Made by a program: the position numbers and the translations under genes
Shown here: positions 10,978 through 29,516 of the stretch, piece after piece
Layout of the letters: each line of letters opens with the position of its first letter
How positions within the stretch are numbered: position 1 is the first letter of the stretch
The notes under the pieces: generated by a model
What the model was told of the DNA's origin: nothing
Seen by the model: the letters and a program-made list of their open reading frames with translations, nothing else
Database searches by the model: none
NCBI GenBank assembly: GCA_051294375.1
Contig: CM119268.1
Coordinates: 23,869,917 to 23,933,916 of the forward strand
Direction of reading: 5' to 3'
Length of the DNA stretch: 64,000 bases
From: Paraspadella gotoi
Taxonomy: Eukaryota > Animalia > Chaetognatha

Positions 10978-11324
10978 CTAGAAATGAGGGGGGGGGGTTA
11001 AGGGATTCAGAGAAAATCAATACAAATGTTTCAAAAATTAAGAGAAAATTAATACAATTCATAAAATTTAAAAAATTAAAATTAAGTTAATTGTTAAAAG
11101 GGATTGTCAGAATATTGACAGAAAACTAATAAAAATGTCTTAAGAATTGTCCCAAAATTATTTAAAATGATAAAGGAACTGTCAAAAAATTAATAGCATA
11201 GCCATTTTTAGGAAATTACATTTCAATAAATATACAGGTACGCCTTAAAAGAACGTTAATAAACAATTGATTCTAATATTAAATTTGAACTTTCTTGACA
11301 TTCATATCTCTCTCTCTCTCTCAC

Positions 11325-11736
11325 CTGCAGTCTATACTCCGTATCCGGGTCCAGACCCAATATAGTCAAGGCCGTCTCTGCCACGCCCCTTCCCGCCGGC
11401 CGGAAGTGAACGAATTTCGAGCACCGATCGCACGCCACTCGATAAGTGACGTCGCCACGCCCACCCGAGTCTCGCGGCGGCAACCAAGCCAACCAGATGG
11501 AGTTTTGATCCACGAATGTCGTGGAGAGATTTCTCGGAGCTGTTGGCGGCGCTGTGCACGCCGTGGAGGCGTTGTCCGTCGGCGCTCTGAAGTGTCCGGC
11601 GTCGCAAGAGCAGGACGGGCTGCCGGGCAAGACGGCACGGCTGCGATGAGGGCAGGGCAGGCAAGAGGAAAGGCCGCGAACGAGTTTATAGGTGCCGGGC
11701 TGGCACGGGAGACATTGGGAGGAGGAAGGCTCGTGG
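11325..11736 (-). CDS. Eph: Eph receptor, exon 5 (Cys-rich/EGF-like region and FN3-1)
   Basis: HEPSSSQCLPCQPGTYK..CLPCPHRS..SCSCDAGHFRAPTD..ACTAPPTAPRNL..WLPPRDSGGRGDVTY. The phase-2 acceptor cgcag|C matches the exon 4 donor. Confidence 0.94.
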
Positions 11737-12894
11737 CTGCGAGGAGTTGAGGGCGAGGGGAGGGAAAGAAGAAAGATAAGATTAAAATATGAATTAAAAT
11801 GTATAATTTAATGTAATGTATTCATTGAATAGGGAGACGGAAAGTGAGAGAGACAGAAAGAGAGAGAGAGAGACAGAAATAGGGTGAAAGAGACAGAAAG
11901 AGAGAGAGAGAGNNNNNNNNNNNNNNNNNNNNNNNNNAATTTTGTTTTTGGTGTTTTGAGAGCAAGATAAAAAAAAATTTCAATTAAATATATCACTAAA
12001 TATTTTTTTTTTGGTTTTTGTTGGTTCGACGAACACATTTTGCTTTCTTTGATCATGTGACAACGAACAACAACAACCAGAACAATATCTAAGACTAAAT
12101 TTAGGAAAAACTGATGAGAAGAACGAGGGAAGAAGGGAGGAGAGAGAAGGAGAGGAGAGAGAGCAGTGGAGGACGCAGGGACTAGAGAAGGGGACAGGAG
12201 GAGAGACGTGAAGGGAGAGCGAGGGAGAGGAGAGAGAGGACGAGGGAGAGAGAGAGGGAGAGAAGAGGAGACGAAAGAGAGGGAGAGGAGAGAGATAGGA
12301 AGAGGAGATAAGGGGAGAGGAGAGAGGGAAAGAGACGAGAGGAAAGAGGCGAGAGGAAAGAAAACACTAAATTCGCATGAATTTTATCTTGTTGCAGAAA
12401 AATGAAAAGAGAGCTGCAATCGAGGAAAAATATGTAGAATTATCTGTCATAAAACTTGAAAAATGTAAATATTGGATCAGGAAAAAAAAAAAAAAGGCTG
12501 AAAAATTTAAAAGAAGAAAAAAAAAATCATTGAAAAAATGGTATATAAATCAAGAAAAAATTGAAAATAAAAATAAGCCAATAGAGAGAATAACAGAATT
12601 TGAAAAAAAAATTTTTCTATTCGGTTTTTGCAAAAAATAACCAAGAGTTAAGGACAAAAGATGTGGAATATTTAAAATAATTTTGAAGGAAACTCATCAA
12701 TTTTTAAGTCGGAAACTACATCATTTTAATGTCGAACTTTTTTTTTTGCAAAATACGAAACAAAAAAATAATGTATTTTGACCGAAAGTTGCAAATTAAT
12801 AAATGTAAATTAATTAATGTAAATCAATCAGCGGAAAAATTAAATAATTTAGGCAGCATAATTCTGAGCAGGTTGACTTAGGAGGGAGAGAGAG

Positions 12895-12975
<81 letters not shown>

Positions 12976-13207
12976 GTGTGTGCGTGTGTTTCTTGAGATC
13001 CATGACTCACACAAAAAATCCATGAGACAGAGTCGAATATTAAAATTGGTTTCAAGTCTTAAAAAATAAGACGGAAGAAGATAAATTCAAATCAAGTGGA
13101 AATCATTTCTAATTCGGTCCAAAATAAAATGACCCACATTTTGGGGACTGAGTTTTGTTTAGATTCTAATTCACGCAAGGAGAGGGGGAGGGAAGAGAGA
13201 GAGAGAG

Positions 13208-13238
<31 letters not shown>

Positions 13239-13386
13239 TTAAAGGACAAGGGGGAAGTTGTCTAGAGTTATTAGAGGATTGAAAGACAACGAGAGATAGA
13301 GAGAGTTTGGAAAGAGGTGAGACGAAAGTTTCACAACGAGAGAATCACAACGAAGGAGTCACGTCTCCTCCTCTTCCTCCTCCTCG

Positions 13387-19166
<5,780 letters not shown>

Positions 19167-19943
19167 CTGCGAGGGTTAGGGCGTCATGCAGGAGACTGCG
19201 AAAGAGACAAATAGATAAAATGGATTACAATATGAATTACACACAGTATAATTAATGTTAATGTATTCATTGAATAGGGAGATCGGAAAGTGAGAGAGCG
19301 ACAGAAAGAGAGAGAGAGAGAAGAAAGGTAGTGGTGACGACGAAAGAGACAGATGAGGAGAAGAGAGAGACAGAATCGAGGCCTCTGAAAGAGCACGAGA
19401 GATGAGGATAGAGAGAACACGAATAGAGGGTGAAAGAGACAGAAAGGAACAGCATGAGATGAGAGAGACAGAAATGTAGGGTGAAGAGGAAAACAAGGAA
19501 GGAAATAGTTTGGAGAGAAAGGAGAGGAGCAGGAGAGAAAAAAATAGGGGTGGAAAAAGAGACAGAATGAGGAGAGAGAGAGAGACAGACAATAGCGGTG
19601 AAAAGAGACAGAACTTGAGGAAGAGAGAAGAGCAGACAGACAATAGGGTGAAAGAGACAGAAGTGAGAGAGAGAGAGAGAGAGGCAGAAACAAGGGTGAA
19701 AGAGACAGAATGAGGAGAGAGAGAGAGACAGAAGATAGGGTGAAAGAGACAGGAAGAGAGAGAGAGACAGAAATAGGCGGAGAGAACGAAGAGAGAGAGA
19801 GAGACAGAAAGAGAGAGAGAGAGAGACAGAAAGAGAGAGAGAGAGAGGACATTATATATGACAGGGAACAAAAAGAGAACAGACAAAAGAGAAGACAGAC
19901 AGACACTCAGTCTGAAGAAAGAAACAGATTGAGACAAACTCAC

Positions 19944-20226
19944 CCCGGTTTGCATTGACAAGCCCCGTGCGGCGGCATCCATGCACCATCTGCTTTGCAA
20001 TAAGTCGCAGGCGTTTCTACGGGTTCGGCATTGTCCACGCAAACGCCGATTCCTTTTTCCATTGAGGACACGTTGCCGGTTGGCGTTTCCGGAAAAGTCG
20101 CGAATTTAAGAGTCGTTTCCGGACAGACGACGTAATAGATCCGGATGCCGAGAAGTGACATGCACGCGCCGAGATCTCGAAATGTGAAGTAGACTCCCTT
20201 TTTGGAGACTTGAACGGAACGCGTTT
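19944..20226 (-). CDS. Eph: Eph receptor, exon 4 (end of ligand-binding domain plus sushi-like domain)
   Basis: ETRSVQVSKKGVYFTFRDLGACMSLLGIRIYYVVCP..FATFPET..GVCVDNA..YCKADGAWM..GACQCKPG; phases 1 to 2. Confidence 0.95.
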
Positions 20227-20773
20227 CTGATGGGAGGGAATGAGGGAAGAAAAATGTAGTTTAAGCTTATCATTAAATATGGTTGTTTATTGAATTGTGT
20301 TGTATAAAACGTTATTCGTACCAGGCCTCCCTATCAATAAAGTGATATATTATTTAAAAGTATGTTTCAATTGTATAAATAAACCGCTCTTTTAAGTATT
20401 AGATGGAGAAATAGTATAGTGTATTCCACACTATAAAACAACATATTTCTAATTCATTAAGATAAGCTTGAAAAAAAAACAATAGAATTAATAAACTGAA
20501 GGTTAACTTTACAAATTAAATGAAATACGTTCAAACATTAAGTTAATTCAAAATGTATAGTTTTTTAAATAACCGTTTACTAAAAAAATGTCAACTCTCC
20601 AACTGTCATCTTAACTATTTCTCATTTCTTTGTTACAACAATTTTTTTTAAACTAGACTTTCCATTTTAAGTAAATCTTTCTCTTCGCGCGACGAAGGAA
20701 AAAAGAGCGAAAGAAATAAAAATGGCCTTTTTTCTCAAAAGACGTGGTTTAACGCTTGAACAATTTTTTCTCA

Positions 20774-20809
<36 letters not shown>

Positions 20810-21195
20810 CTTCACTGTCCTCGATGCTAACTCTCTCTCACGCTTTATGGCTCCCTATCTCTCTCTCTCTCTCCCTCTTTCTCTCTCTCAATTCCTTATT
20901 GTCATTTTCCACAAGGACCCATCCTTCTTTCTCTCCATTATTTGCTTAATAAATAAATAAATATACGTACTTAACTCGCTTGAAGTAACTCCTAATAAAT
21001 ACTCTCACTTGCTCTCTTTCTCTTTATAACTCTCTCTCGCTCTCTTTTTCACGTCTCGCTCTCTCTCTCTCTCTTTTCTCCCGTTTCTGCTGAGTGCGAC
21101 AATAAAACATTCAAATCACGTAACGACGATATTTCTGTCTTTATTTTCTCTCTCTCCTTTTTCTCTCAACTCTTGTAATTAAAACCCCTTTCTCG

Positions 21196-21227
<32 letters not shown>

Positions 21228-21721
21228 GTCTCTCTCTCTATCTCTCTCTCTCTCGTCTCTCTCGTCTCTCTCTCTCTCTCATTTTCTTCGCCACCTTTTA
21301 CAGGATTTTTTTTTCTCTAGAAATAAAATCGTTTTAAATTTTATGCTTTTCAATTTCAAACTTTTTTTATTCGTTGAAATGAATCAAGAGAAGAAAATGA
21401 ATCAAACTAAAGTTTATGACATTTGAAATCTTGAAAAGGCAGAGCTCGAAACTCTCTCTCTCTCTGTCTCTGTCTCTCTCTCTCTTCCCTCTTGCGCTAA
21501 TGCGTCCCTTTATTACCAAAACATAAAACAAAAAATGTTCCACTCTTCCTTAGTTTGTTTTTCTCATATTTTGTATTCATTGTATTTTTTTAATATATCT
21601 ATAACTCATTCAATAAAAATTCTTTTCCTAAAAATTGCCTTTATAATAGTAGAATAAAATAATAAATAGCAGAAAAGTTATGCATAGTTATTGCTACTTT
21701 TCTTTCGATACATAATGGCTT

Positions 21722-21929
21722 TGTGGATAAGGCGCTATGTGGGCTGAAGAGTGCTATATTCAACTTTTTTAACCCCCTCCAACAGCCATGGAACCAGGCT
21801 TGAGGGTCTTCCACGCCCAAAGTCAATTCACTGCCGTGATCACGCTTCCTGCAGGGTAGGTACCATAGGGGATCGATCTCGGTACTAATGGTCATGAGCT
21901 GATGGCATTACACAATTCGCCACCGGACC
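21722..21929 (-). mobile_element. tRNA-derived SINE-like element (in Eph intron 3)
   Basis: Reverse complement reads GTCCGGTGGCGAATTGTGTAATGCCATCAGC..AGATCGATCCC (B-box-like)..TACCTACCCTGCAGGAAGCGTG..CCATGGCT..AGCGCCTTATCCAC. Confidence 0.7.
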
Positions 21930-22154
21930 ACGACAGAAGGTATAAGTGTGTGAACTCAATGCTATGCCCATTCGATGGATATTTCACCCAGCATCTCATA
22001 ATCGTCCCCAGGTCATCTTCTCCAGCCCATCACATAATTCTCTCCATCAGCCACCCGTTTTCCCGCCTCCTCTTTCTCCATCGATGCCTTCAGTCATTAT
22101 GACCCCGGATTTTTTTTCGTCTGCCTCGTTCTCTAAAAATTGTCATTACCCAGC

Positions 22155-22490
22155 CTGACCCAAGCCATCCAACTTAACCAAAACTAACCCAACCTGACCA
22201 ATATGACCCAACTAGCGCTATCTAACCTAACCTTACCCTAATTGACCTAAAACTAACCTAAACCTACCCAAACTGACCTAAATCTACCCAAACTGACCAA
22301 CTAGTCAACTACCCCACCTGAGCTAAACTTACCCTCACCTGAGCTAAACTTACCCCACCGCTAACTCCTGGAGCATAATACTCCTACAACCTCACCTGAG
22401 CTAAACTTACTCCACCTGAGCTAAACTTACCCCACCTGATCTATACCCACTGCTAAACTTACCCACAGTAGCTAATACCACTGACCCAAC
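22155..22490 (+). repeat. Degenerate C/A-rich tandem repeat (acctgagctaaacttacccc, about 20 bp)
   Basis: Repeated cacctgagctaaacttac units are visible. Confidence 0.75.
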
Positions 22491-22951
22491 CTGCCGCGGA
22501 ACCTTGACATTCAATCTATACTTTAACCTGAACTTCCACAGAAAAGTAAGGACTCATGAATTTTCCAAGGCGTCCATCTAGGGTCCATTTAGATCTCATT
22601 ATTTACCTTCCATCAGTTAACCAGTTTTCTCCTCTTTCCTAATTTCTCGCCCACCTCGACTCGCCCTTTCAGCACTATTTTTTTATTAAATTTAAACCTA
22701 AATTCCATATAAGATNNNNNNNNNNNNNNNNNNNNNNNNNATTCCAAGGGTCCATCTAGGGTCCATTTAGATCTCCATTATTACCTTCCATCAGTTAACC
22801 AGTTTTTCTCCTCTCTTCTAATTTCTCGCCCACTCGACTCGCCCTTCAGCACTATTTTACTTAATTTAACCTAAATTCCATATTAAAGATAAAACAGGGC
22901 GTTTTGTAAAAAATAATTCCCCAAAAACCTTCATTTTTCCTCAAAACGAAC

Positions 22952-23119
22952 CCGTGTTGATCATGACTTCAGAATTGTCACTAAATCTCCCATCAGCGGC
23001 GATTCTGTCGATTTGCTTGTAAGTGACTGTATCCCAAGTCGGCATTCCTTCTGAGGCGAAGTCAAATTCAGATTCGAAGTAACGGAGGTCGAAGGTCTCC
23101 TTGCAGGACCGGACCACGC
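22952..23119 (-). CDS. Eph: Eph receptor, exon 3 (ligand-binding domain)
   Basis: SCKETFDLRYFESE...YKQIDRIAADGRF..INT; acceptor ctcacag|GC, donor G|gttcgt. Confidence 0.94.
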
Positions 23120-23121
23120 CT

Positions 23122-23442
23122 GTGAGAGGGGTTTGTGAGAGAGAGAGAGGGGTTGTTGAGAGAGGTCGGTTTGTCGGAGGAGGGGTTGTGACAGAGGGGT
23201 TGTGAGAGAGGGTTTGTGAACGAGAGGGTCTTGTGACAAGCAGGGTTGTGAAAGAGGGTTGTGAAATAAGGGTTGTGACAGAGGATTTGTGACAGAGGAT
23301 GTGACAGAGGAGTTGTGACAGGGGGTTGTGAGAGAGGGTTGTGAAGAGAGGTTGTGAGAGAGGGGTTGTGAGAGAGGGGTTGTGAGAGAGGGGTTGTGAG
23401 AGAGGGTTGTGAGAGAGGGGTTGTGACAGAGGGGGTTGTGAC
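23122..23442 (+). repeat. G-rich minisatellite with a unit of about 13-14 bp (TTGTGAGAGAGGGG), in Eph intron 2
   Basis: More than 20 degenerate units directly abutting the exon 3 acceptor. Confidence 0.9.
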
Positions 23443-23596
23443 AGATCTAGTTCTTCCAAACTCGTAACCAACCACCCTTAATTAACCACCACTACAATCA
23501 CCTTACAACCACCCATCCAACCAATCCCGTAACCACCAGCTTATCTTAAAAAATCTCGCACCATTTTAACCACCCTAACCAACCTATTTAACTTAC

Positions 23597-23842
23597 CAGG
23601 CGACTGCGTGCAATCTCTCATTGAAAATTTCATTTCCACGAAGAGAATTTTCGCGTCTCCTTTCACAATGAACGGAGTCCTCAGCCAATTGTTCACATTC
23701 GAGGCAAAAATGTCGCAGACGGAATAAGTTCGCCAGTTGTTGATTTTCTTTCTTTGATCAGACCAGGAGACTTCTTGCCAACCTGACCCATCGGGGGTGG
23801 GAGGGTAGGTTTGCCACGAGAGGTAAGGCTCCTTGGTAGTGT
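23597..23842 (-). CDS. Eph: Eph receptor, exon 2 (ligand-binding domain)
   Basis: DTT..LSW..GWQEVS..RTYSVC..NNWLRTPFI..FVEMKFSMRDC; acceptor tcccag|AC, donor G|gtaagt. Confidence 0.95.
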
Positions 23843-24567
23843 CTGGGATTTTTGGGATCAAGAGGAAATTGGGGGAGAGAAAGTTGATGAATTAATTAAT
23901 AGATTCAAATGAATGAGTTATTTTTTTTATTTTAATTAAGGGAAATCAGAAAGAAATGTATATACCACCATAGCCTAATCAAAGTAAGGGAAAACGATAG
24001 CTTATTTAATATTTATTGATTGAATGAATAATTTTATATTATACCAATTTCATAAAAATATAGAAACATTGATAGGGAAGCTTGGTGATCCTATAGTTGA
24101 CAAACTGAGAGAGTGTCTCAATTGAAAGCTTACATAGTCTCGCTATGATCTATATAAGAAATTGGTACAACCAATATAAAAATTATCATTGTCATTAATA
24201 ATTAATAAGGCATCCTGCCCCTGCCACTTGTAAGAAGAATGAAGGGCTTAACTCCCTTCATTAAGTCAAGGGAAAAACAGCTTATAAATTGAATTAATGG
24301 ATACTTTATTATATTTTTTGTATATAACAATTTCGCTGACATAAGAATAAAATAAAGAATAAAAAAAAAGGTGGATGGGAAGGTTACGGACATCAAAAGT
24401 GGACGGACGGACGGACGGACAGGTTTGGTTTTATTTCTCAGAGAGTGAGAACCGAGACACACCCAGAGAGAGAGAAAGAGAGACAGACAAAGCCGTCAAA
24501 GTGGAAAAAACCAGATCAGATATTCTCCTCTGTTTGTAAGGAGAAAAATGGACAACTGATGGACAGA

Positions 24568-24712
24568 GAGGGAAAAGAAGGTGAAGCGAGATAGAGAGAG
24601 AGAGGGAAAAGAAGGTGAAGCGAGATAGAGAGAGAGAGGGGGAAAAGAAGGTGAAGCGAGATAGAGAGAGAGATAGAGAGGAAAAAGAAGGTGAAGCGAG
24701 ATAGAGAGAGAG
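24568..24712 (+). repeat. Four-copy tandem repeat GGAAAAGAAGGTGAAGCGAGATA(GA)n
   Basis: Four identical cores separated by variable (GA)n spacers. Confidence 0.85.
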
Positions 24713-25781
24713 TCAAAAATAAAGAGAAAGCTAGCTATATTTATACAAAAGATATCACGGATGTTGCTCTGTATCTCGAGAAGCAAATGGGATAAAGTAT
24801 TTTCAACTAGTATTCTAAAAAATATTAGAAAAAGAACTGGCAAACTATAATCCTTTCACTCTACACTGCTTTCCAACATTACTATTAAGTTGCTACCCTT
24901 CTAATTCCTTTCCTACTTCACCGACTCCTTTCTTTTCCTATCCAATCTCACTTCAGCCTTTTCTTGCTCCTGTACTCGCTCCTTAACTCCTTACCCGACT
25001 CCACGCCTTCTACCTCGTGCCAAATAACCTTTCATCGTCGGCCACTGGAAATTCTGCTCCATTAGACTTTAACGACATTTTCACGTCGTATGACTCCGCA
25101 TCATCTTCACCATCAACCTCTACATCATTAACTACATCATCAAAGTCGTGATTTCACGCTTCAACATCAAATCGAGATTCGTTGGAGAATTCCTCAGAAA
25201 TGATTTCCTCATTATTTGATAAAAATCTAAACGTTTGATATCATATTTAATATCACACAAAAAATATGGCTAAACCGAAAAATATTTAAATAAATTGAAA
25301 AAAACCCTCTAAAAACTAATGTTAAAGATATTAATTTGTTGCTTGGCAAACGCTGATGAAAACTTTTAAAGAGTCGAAACATGTACGACTAAACTCTCAA
25401 TAAAAATAGTTAAAAATGCAAAAATCTGTCTTTCCTAATAGGATATTAAAGAGAATGACGTTGCCCTGATTCCACCACAAACTTCTCAGAATGACCACAA
25501 TTTCTGATTTCCCAACTTTGATATTGAAACAAAAAAAGGTCAAATGTCTTTAGCGACATTCCGAGTTTCTTATCTCAACGTCCAGCGTTCGATCCCCGAT
25601 CTCCCCTTATTTCCTTTTTCTCGGCGAGGAAATTGGAATTTCGGTCAGGGGAAATCTCTCTCTCTCTCTCTCTCTCTCTCTATAAAGATTTTCAAGGAGA
25701 GATAAGAAAACGGGGCTGAGATTCTATCTAAAAAAAAAACATTTGAATTTCTCGATTTAACGAAAAAAATTTATTTGGCTC

Positions 25782-26022
25782 TCTTTTCCGAGAGTGCCCG
25801 ATTTATGTACTTTTATCTTGGAATTTAATCTAAATTTTAATATTTAACGTAATTATTTTATTAAGCCTAACTTTTAACCTTAAATGGTAATCTCTAACCT
25901 AAATCCTTAACCTTTATCAGTAACCTAATCCCTTACTTAATCTTTAACTAAAACCTAATCTTTAACTTAAAAAAATCCTTGAATTCCAAATTTAAGATAA
26001 ATTGGGTCGTTCTGGGAAAATA
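25782..26022. mobile_element. MITE-like element (CCTAA-core family)
   Basis: Inverted ends ttttccgagagtgcccgatttat ... ataaattgggtcgttctgggaaaa around cctaac-like repeats. Confidence 0.6.
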
Positions 26023-26546
26023 AGGCGAGAAAATCGAATTCCAGAAAAAAACAAACTTAAAAGTCGAAAGCCGAAATTTTTTTGGTTTTTTTTTTTGTCT
26101 TATTTAGGTTTTAAACTAACATCGTGGAAACATTTGTGTTTTTTTGTTCGTGGGGTTAAGAAAGAGAGAGAAAAAGAGAGAGAGAGAANNNNNNNNNNNN
26201 NNNNNNNNNNNNNNNNNNNNNNNNNNNNNNNNNNNNNNNNNNNNNNNNNNNNNNNNNNNNNNNNNNNNNNNNNNNNNNNNNNNNNNNNNNNNNNNNNNNN
26301 NNNNNNNNNNNNNNNNNNNNNNNNNNNNNNNNNNNNNNNNNNNNNNNNNNNNNNNNNNNNNNNNNNNNNNNNNNNNNNNNNNNNNNNNNNNNNNNNNNNN
26401 NNNNNNNNNNNNNNNNNNNNNNNNNNNNNNNNNNNNNNNNNNNNNNNNNNNNNNNNNNNNNNNNNNNNNNNNNNNNNNNNNNNNNNNNNNNNNNNNNNNN
26501 NNNNNNNNAAATAGAAAGGCAGAACCCAGTGAGGATCCGAACTTAC

Positions 26547-26634
26547 CAAGCAAGGTTATTTCTTTAGCTTCGGCGGCGAAAGAGAAAATAAGTAGAAGGA
26601 AGATAAGAATTCCTTCTTTTGGGTGAGCATCCAT
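26547..26634 (-). CDS. Eph: Eph receptor, exon 1 (start codon, signal peptide)
   Basis: Start context gaaaATGG. MDAHPKEGILIFLLLIFSFAAEAKEITLL then G|gtaagt, joining exon 2 to give the canonical LLDT. Confidence 0.9.
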
Positions 26635-29216
26635 TTTCGCGAGAGAGAGAGAGATAGATTTTCTTGGGTGAGGAAAAGGGAAGAAAGATGGAGACAAAGT
26701 CATTTTTTTTATACGTTTCCTTATCGAGTTTTATTTCCACTTCAAGATTTTTTCTTATTCCTTTTATTTTTTTTTCTGAAAAAAAAAGAATAAAATAAAT
26801 GAGGTAGACTGATCGTTCAAAAGGGTATTAAAGTATAAAGCGAAATACTGAGAATCACAGGAATCACAGAAAAGTTCTCACAGATGTTGAGTTGGAGAGT
26901 GATTCGTGATCGACTTCTCGTCAACATCCCGAGTGAGAGAGAGAGGGATTGCGTCTGAGAAGGACGGCGGCGTTTCCCTTCATCAATAAAATGCCGAGGC
27001 GCTGGAAAAGATGGCCAACGGTTTCAGCCCATTCACGTCCGGTTTGCCAGGGCGAGGCCAATGTCCGAATGTGGAGGGCTGCATCGGGGTCTCAGGCTCC
27101 AAGGGTCTCGGCTGGAAGGGGGACGAAAACGATCCCTTCGGCGTGGCGTCGCCTTTGATACTTTTATTTCCAAGATTTTTCTTCTTTTTTCTTTTTTCTT
27201 TTTTCTTCTCTTTTATTTTCTCTTTTTTTCTATTTTTTCTCCCTTTTTCCGTTTTTATCCTCCGGTTTTTATCTTTCGATTCAGACACAAAAATTAAACT
27301 TCGGTTTTTCTTCAAAGCGAATTTTTTTTTTTTTTTTTNNNNNNNNNNNNNNNNNNNNNNNNNNNNNNNNNNNNNNNNNNNNNNNNNNNNNNNNNNNNNN
27401 NNNNNNNNNNNNNNNNNNNNNNNNNNNNNNNNNNNNNNNNNNNNNNNNNNNNNNNNNNNNNNNNNNNNNNNNNNNNNNNNNNNNNNNNNNNNNNNNNNNN
27501 NNNNNNNNNNNNNNNNNNNNNNNNNNNNNNNNNNNNNNNNNNNNNNNNNNNNNNNNNNNNNNNNNNNNCCCTTAGAGATACAGGAGATATTGAGAAAAAG
27601 AGCGGGATAGAGAGGGAGACAGAGCGAGAGAGAGACGAATCAGCCTCGGTCAACTCGAAATCCCCAAGCAAAAAAAAAAAAAAAAATTAAAATCTTTCTC
27701 GTTTTTACAACAAAAAATAAAATAAAAATTCAAATTTATTTCACATCCGCGTTTTTCGCGATTTTTTTACGTCCCTGGTCCACGAGACACGAATCACGAA
27801 TCACACCTCAAGTCATTGTGAAAACTTTTTTTAAGTTTTTTTTTTTAGTTTTAAACGTGTGCGTTTTTTTTCGTTTAATTTTTTTCAATTTTGTAACGAT
27901 TGTATAAATCCTCGGTTTGACGAACGATTATTAATTATTAATCCATGATATTAGTTATTTATTTCGGGTTTTTTATTACTTTCACGATACGATTTTTTAT
28001 TTATCCGAATAGACAGAATTGCCGGAATTCGTGAAAGGTTTATCCCGATTGTGAATCGAAAAATCGAATTAAGGATAAATTTTTTTGGGTGAAAATCGAA
28101 AAATGGAGGAAAATCTGTGAAGAAGAAGAAGAAGAAAAATTCACGAGAGGAAAAGGAATTCACCGAAGGAGGAGGAGGAGGAGGAGGAGGAGGAGGAAGA
28201 CGAAAACGAGGAAGTCGCTTTCATTCTTTATATTTTGTCTTTAAAAAGAAAAAAAATCTGTAAACTCTGTGGGAGGAAGAGGAGGGGGAGGAGGAAGAGC
28301 AAGGGGAGAATTTAAGAGGAAGAAGAAGAAGAAGAAAAGTATAGAAAAGAAATAAGAGGAGGAAGAAGAAGAAGAAGGTAGGAATTTATGAGAAAGACGA
28401 TGAAGAGGAGGATAACTATGTAAGTTCAATAGGATAAAGAAGAGGAAGAGAAACGAAACGCGAAACCACAATGAGAATTTGAATCGTGTGGAGGAAGATG
28501 AGGAGAAGTATAAAAAGTGAATGGGAGGAGGAAGAGGAAGAGGTTCGGCCGGCGTGCCCAACTGGAAAGAGGAAGAAAGAGCAAAGTAAAGAAACAATAA
28601 TCTTTTCTTTAAAACGAGGGGGAGACAGANNNNNNNNNNNNNNNNNNNNNNNNNNNNNNNNNNNNNNNNNNNNNNNNNNNNNNNNNNNNNNNNNNNNNNN
28701 NNNNNNNNNNNNNNNNNNNNNNNNNNNNNNNNNNNNNNNNNNNNNNNNNNNNNNNNNNNNNNNNNNNNNNNNNNNNNNNNNNNNNNNNNNNNNNNNNNNN
28801 NNNNNNNNNNNNNNNNNNNNNNGAGAGAGAGAGAGATTTAAAAGTAATCGGCTTGAGAGAGGGCAGCCGGGAGGGAAAGAAAAGTAAAGAATAGAAAAAG
28901 AAAAGAATAAAATAGAAAGTAGAAAGAATAAAGATGGTTTATGGCTTGGNNNNNNNNNNNNNNNNNNNNNNNNNNNNNNNNNNNNNNNNNNNNNNNNNNN
29001 NNNNNNNNNNNNNNNNNNNNNNNNNNNNNNNNNNNNNNNNNNNNNNNNNNNNNNNNNNNNNNNNNNNNNNNNNNNNNNNNNNNNNNNNNNNNNNNNNNNN
29101 NNNNNNNNNNNNNNNNNNNNNNNNNNNNNNNNNNNNNNNNNNNNNNNNNNNNNNNNNNNNNNNNNNNNNNNNNNNNNNNNNNNNNNNNNNNNNNNNNNNN
29201 NNNNNNNNNNNNNNNN

Positions 29217-29253
<37 letters not shown>

Positions 29254-29480
29254 GGGACAGAGAATGAAGTATCTCCCGTCGCGTCTCTGTCTCTCTCTCG
29301 CTGCGGTTTCGCTTCATTACCGCGACTGATTAAGGGGTTATAATTTTTTTCGTTTATCTACTCTCCGGGATGATAGAGAGAGAGAGAGACAGAGAGAAAA
29401 AAAAGAGCGAAAGAGAGAGATCGAAAGAGAAAATTAGAAAGAGAGTTGTAATCATGGCGTGGGTTTTCTTTTGTTGTTGT

Positions 29481-29516
<36 letters not shown>

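Noticed and set aside
22560-22890. Direct repeat of about 150 bp on both sides of the 25-N gap at 22716-22740
   Set aside because: Overlapping contig ends differing by 1-nt indels; an assembly artefact.
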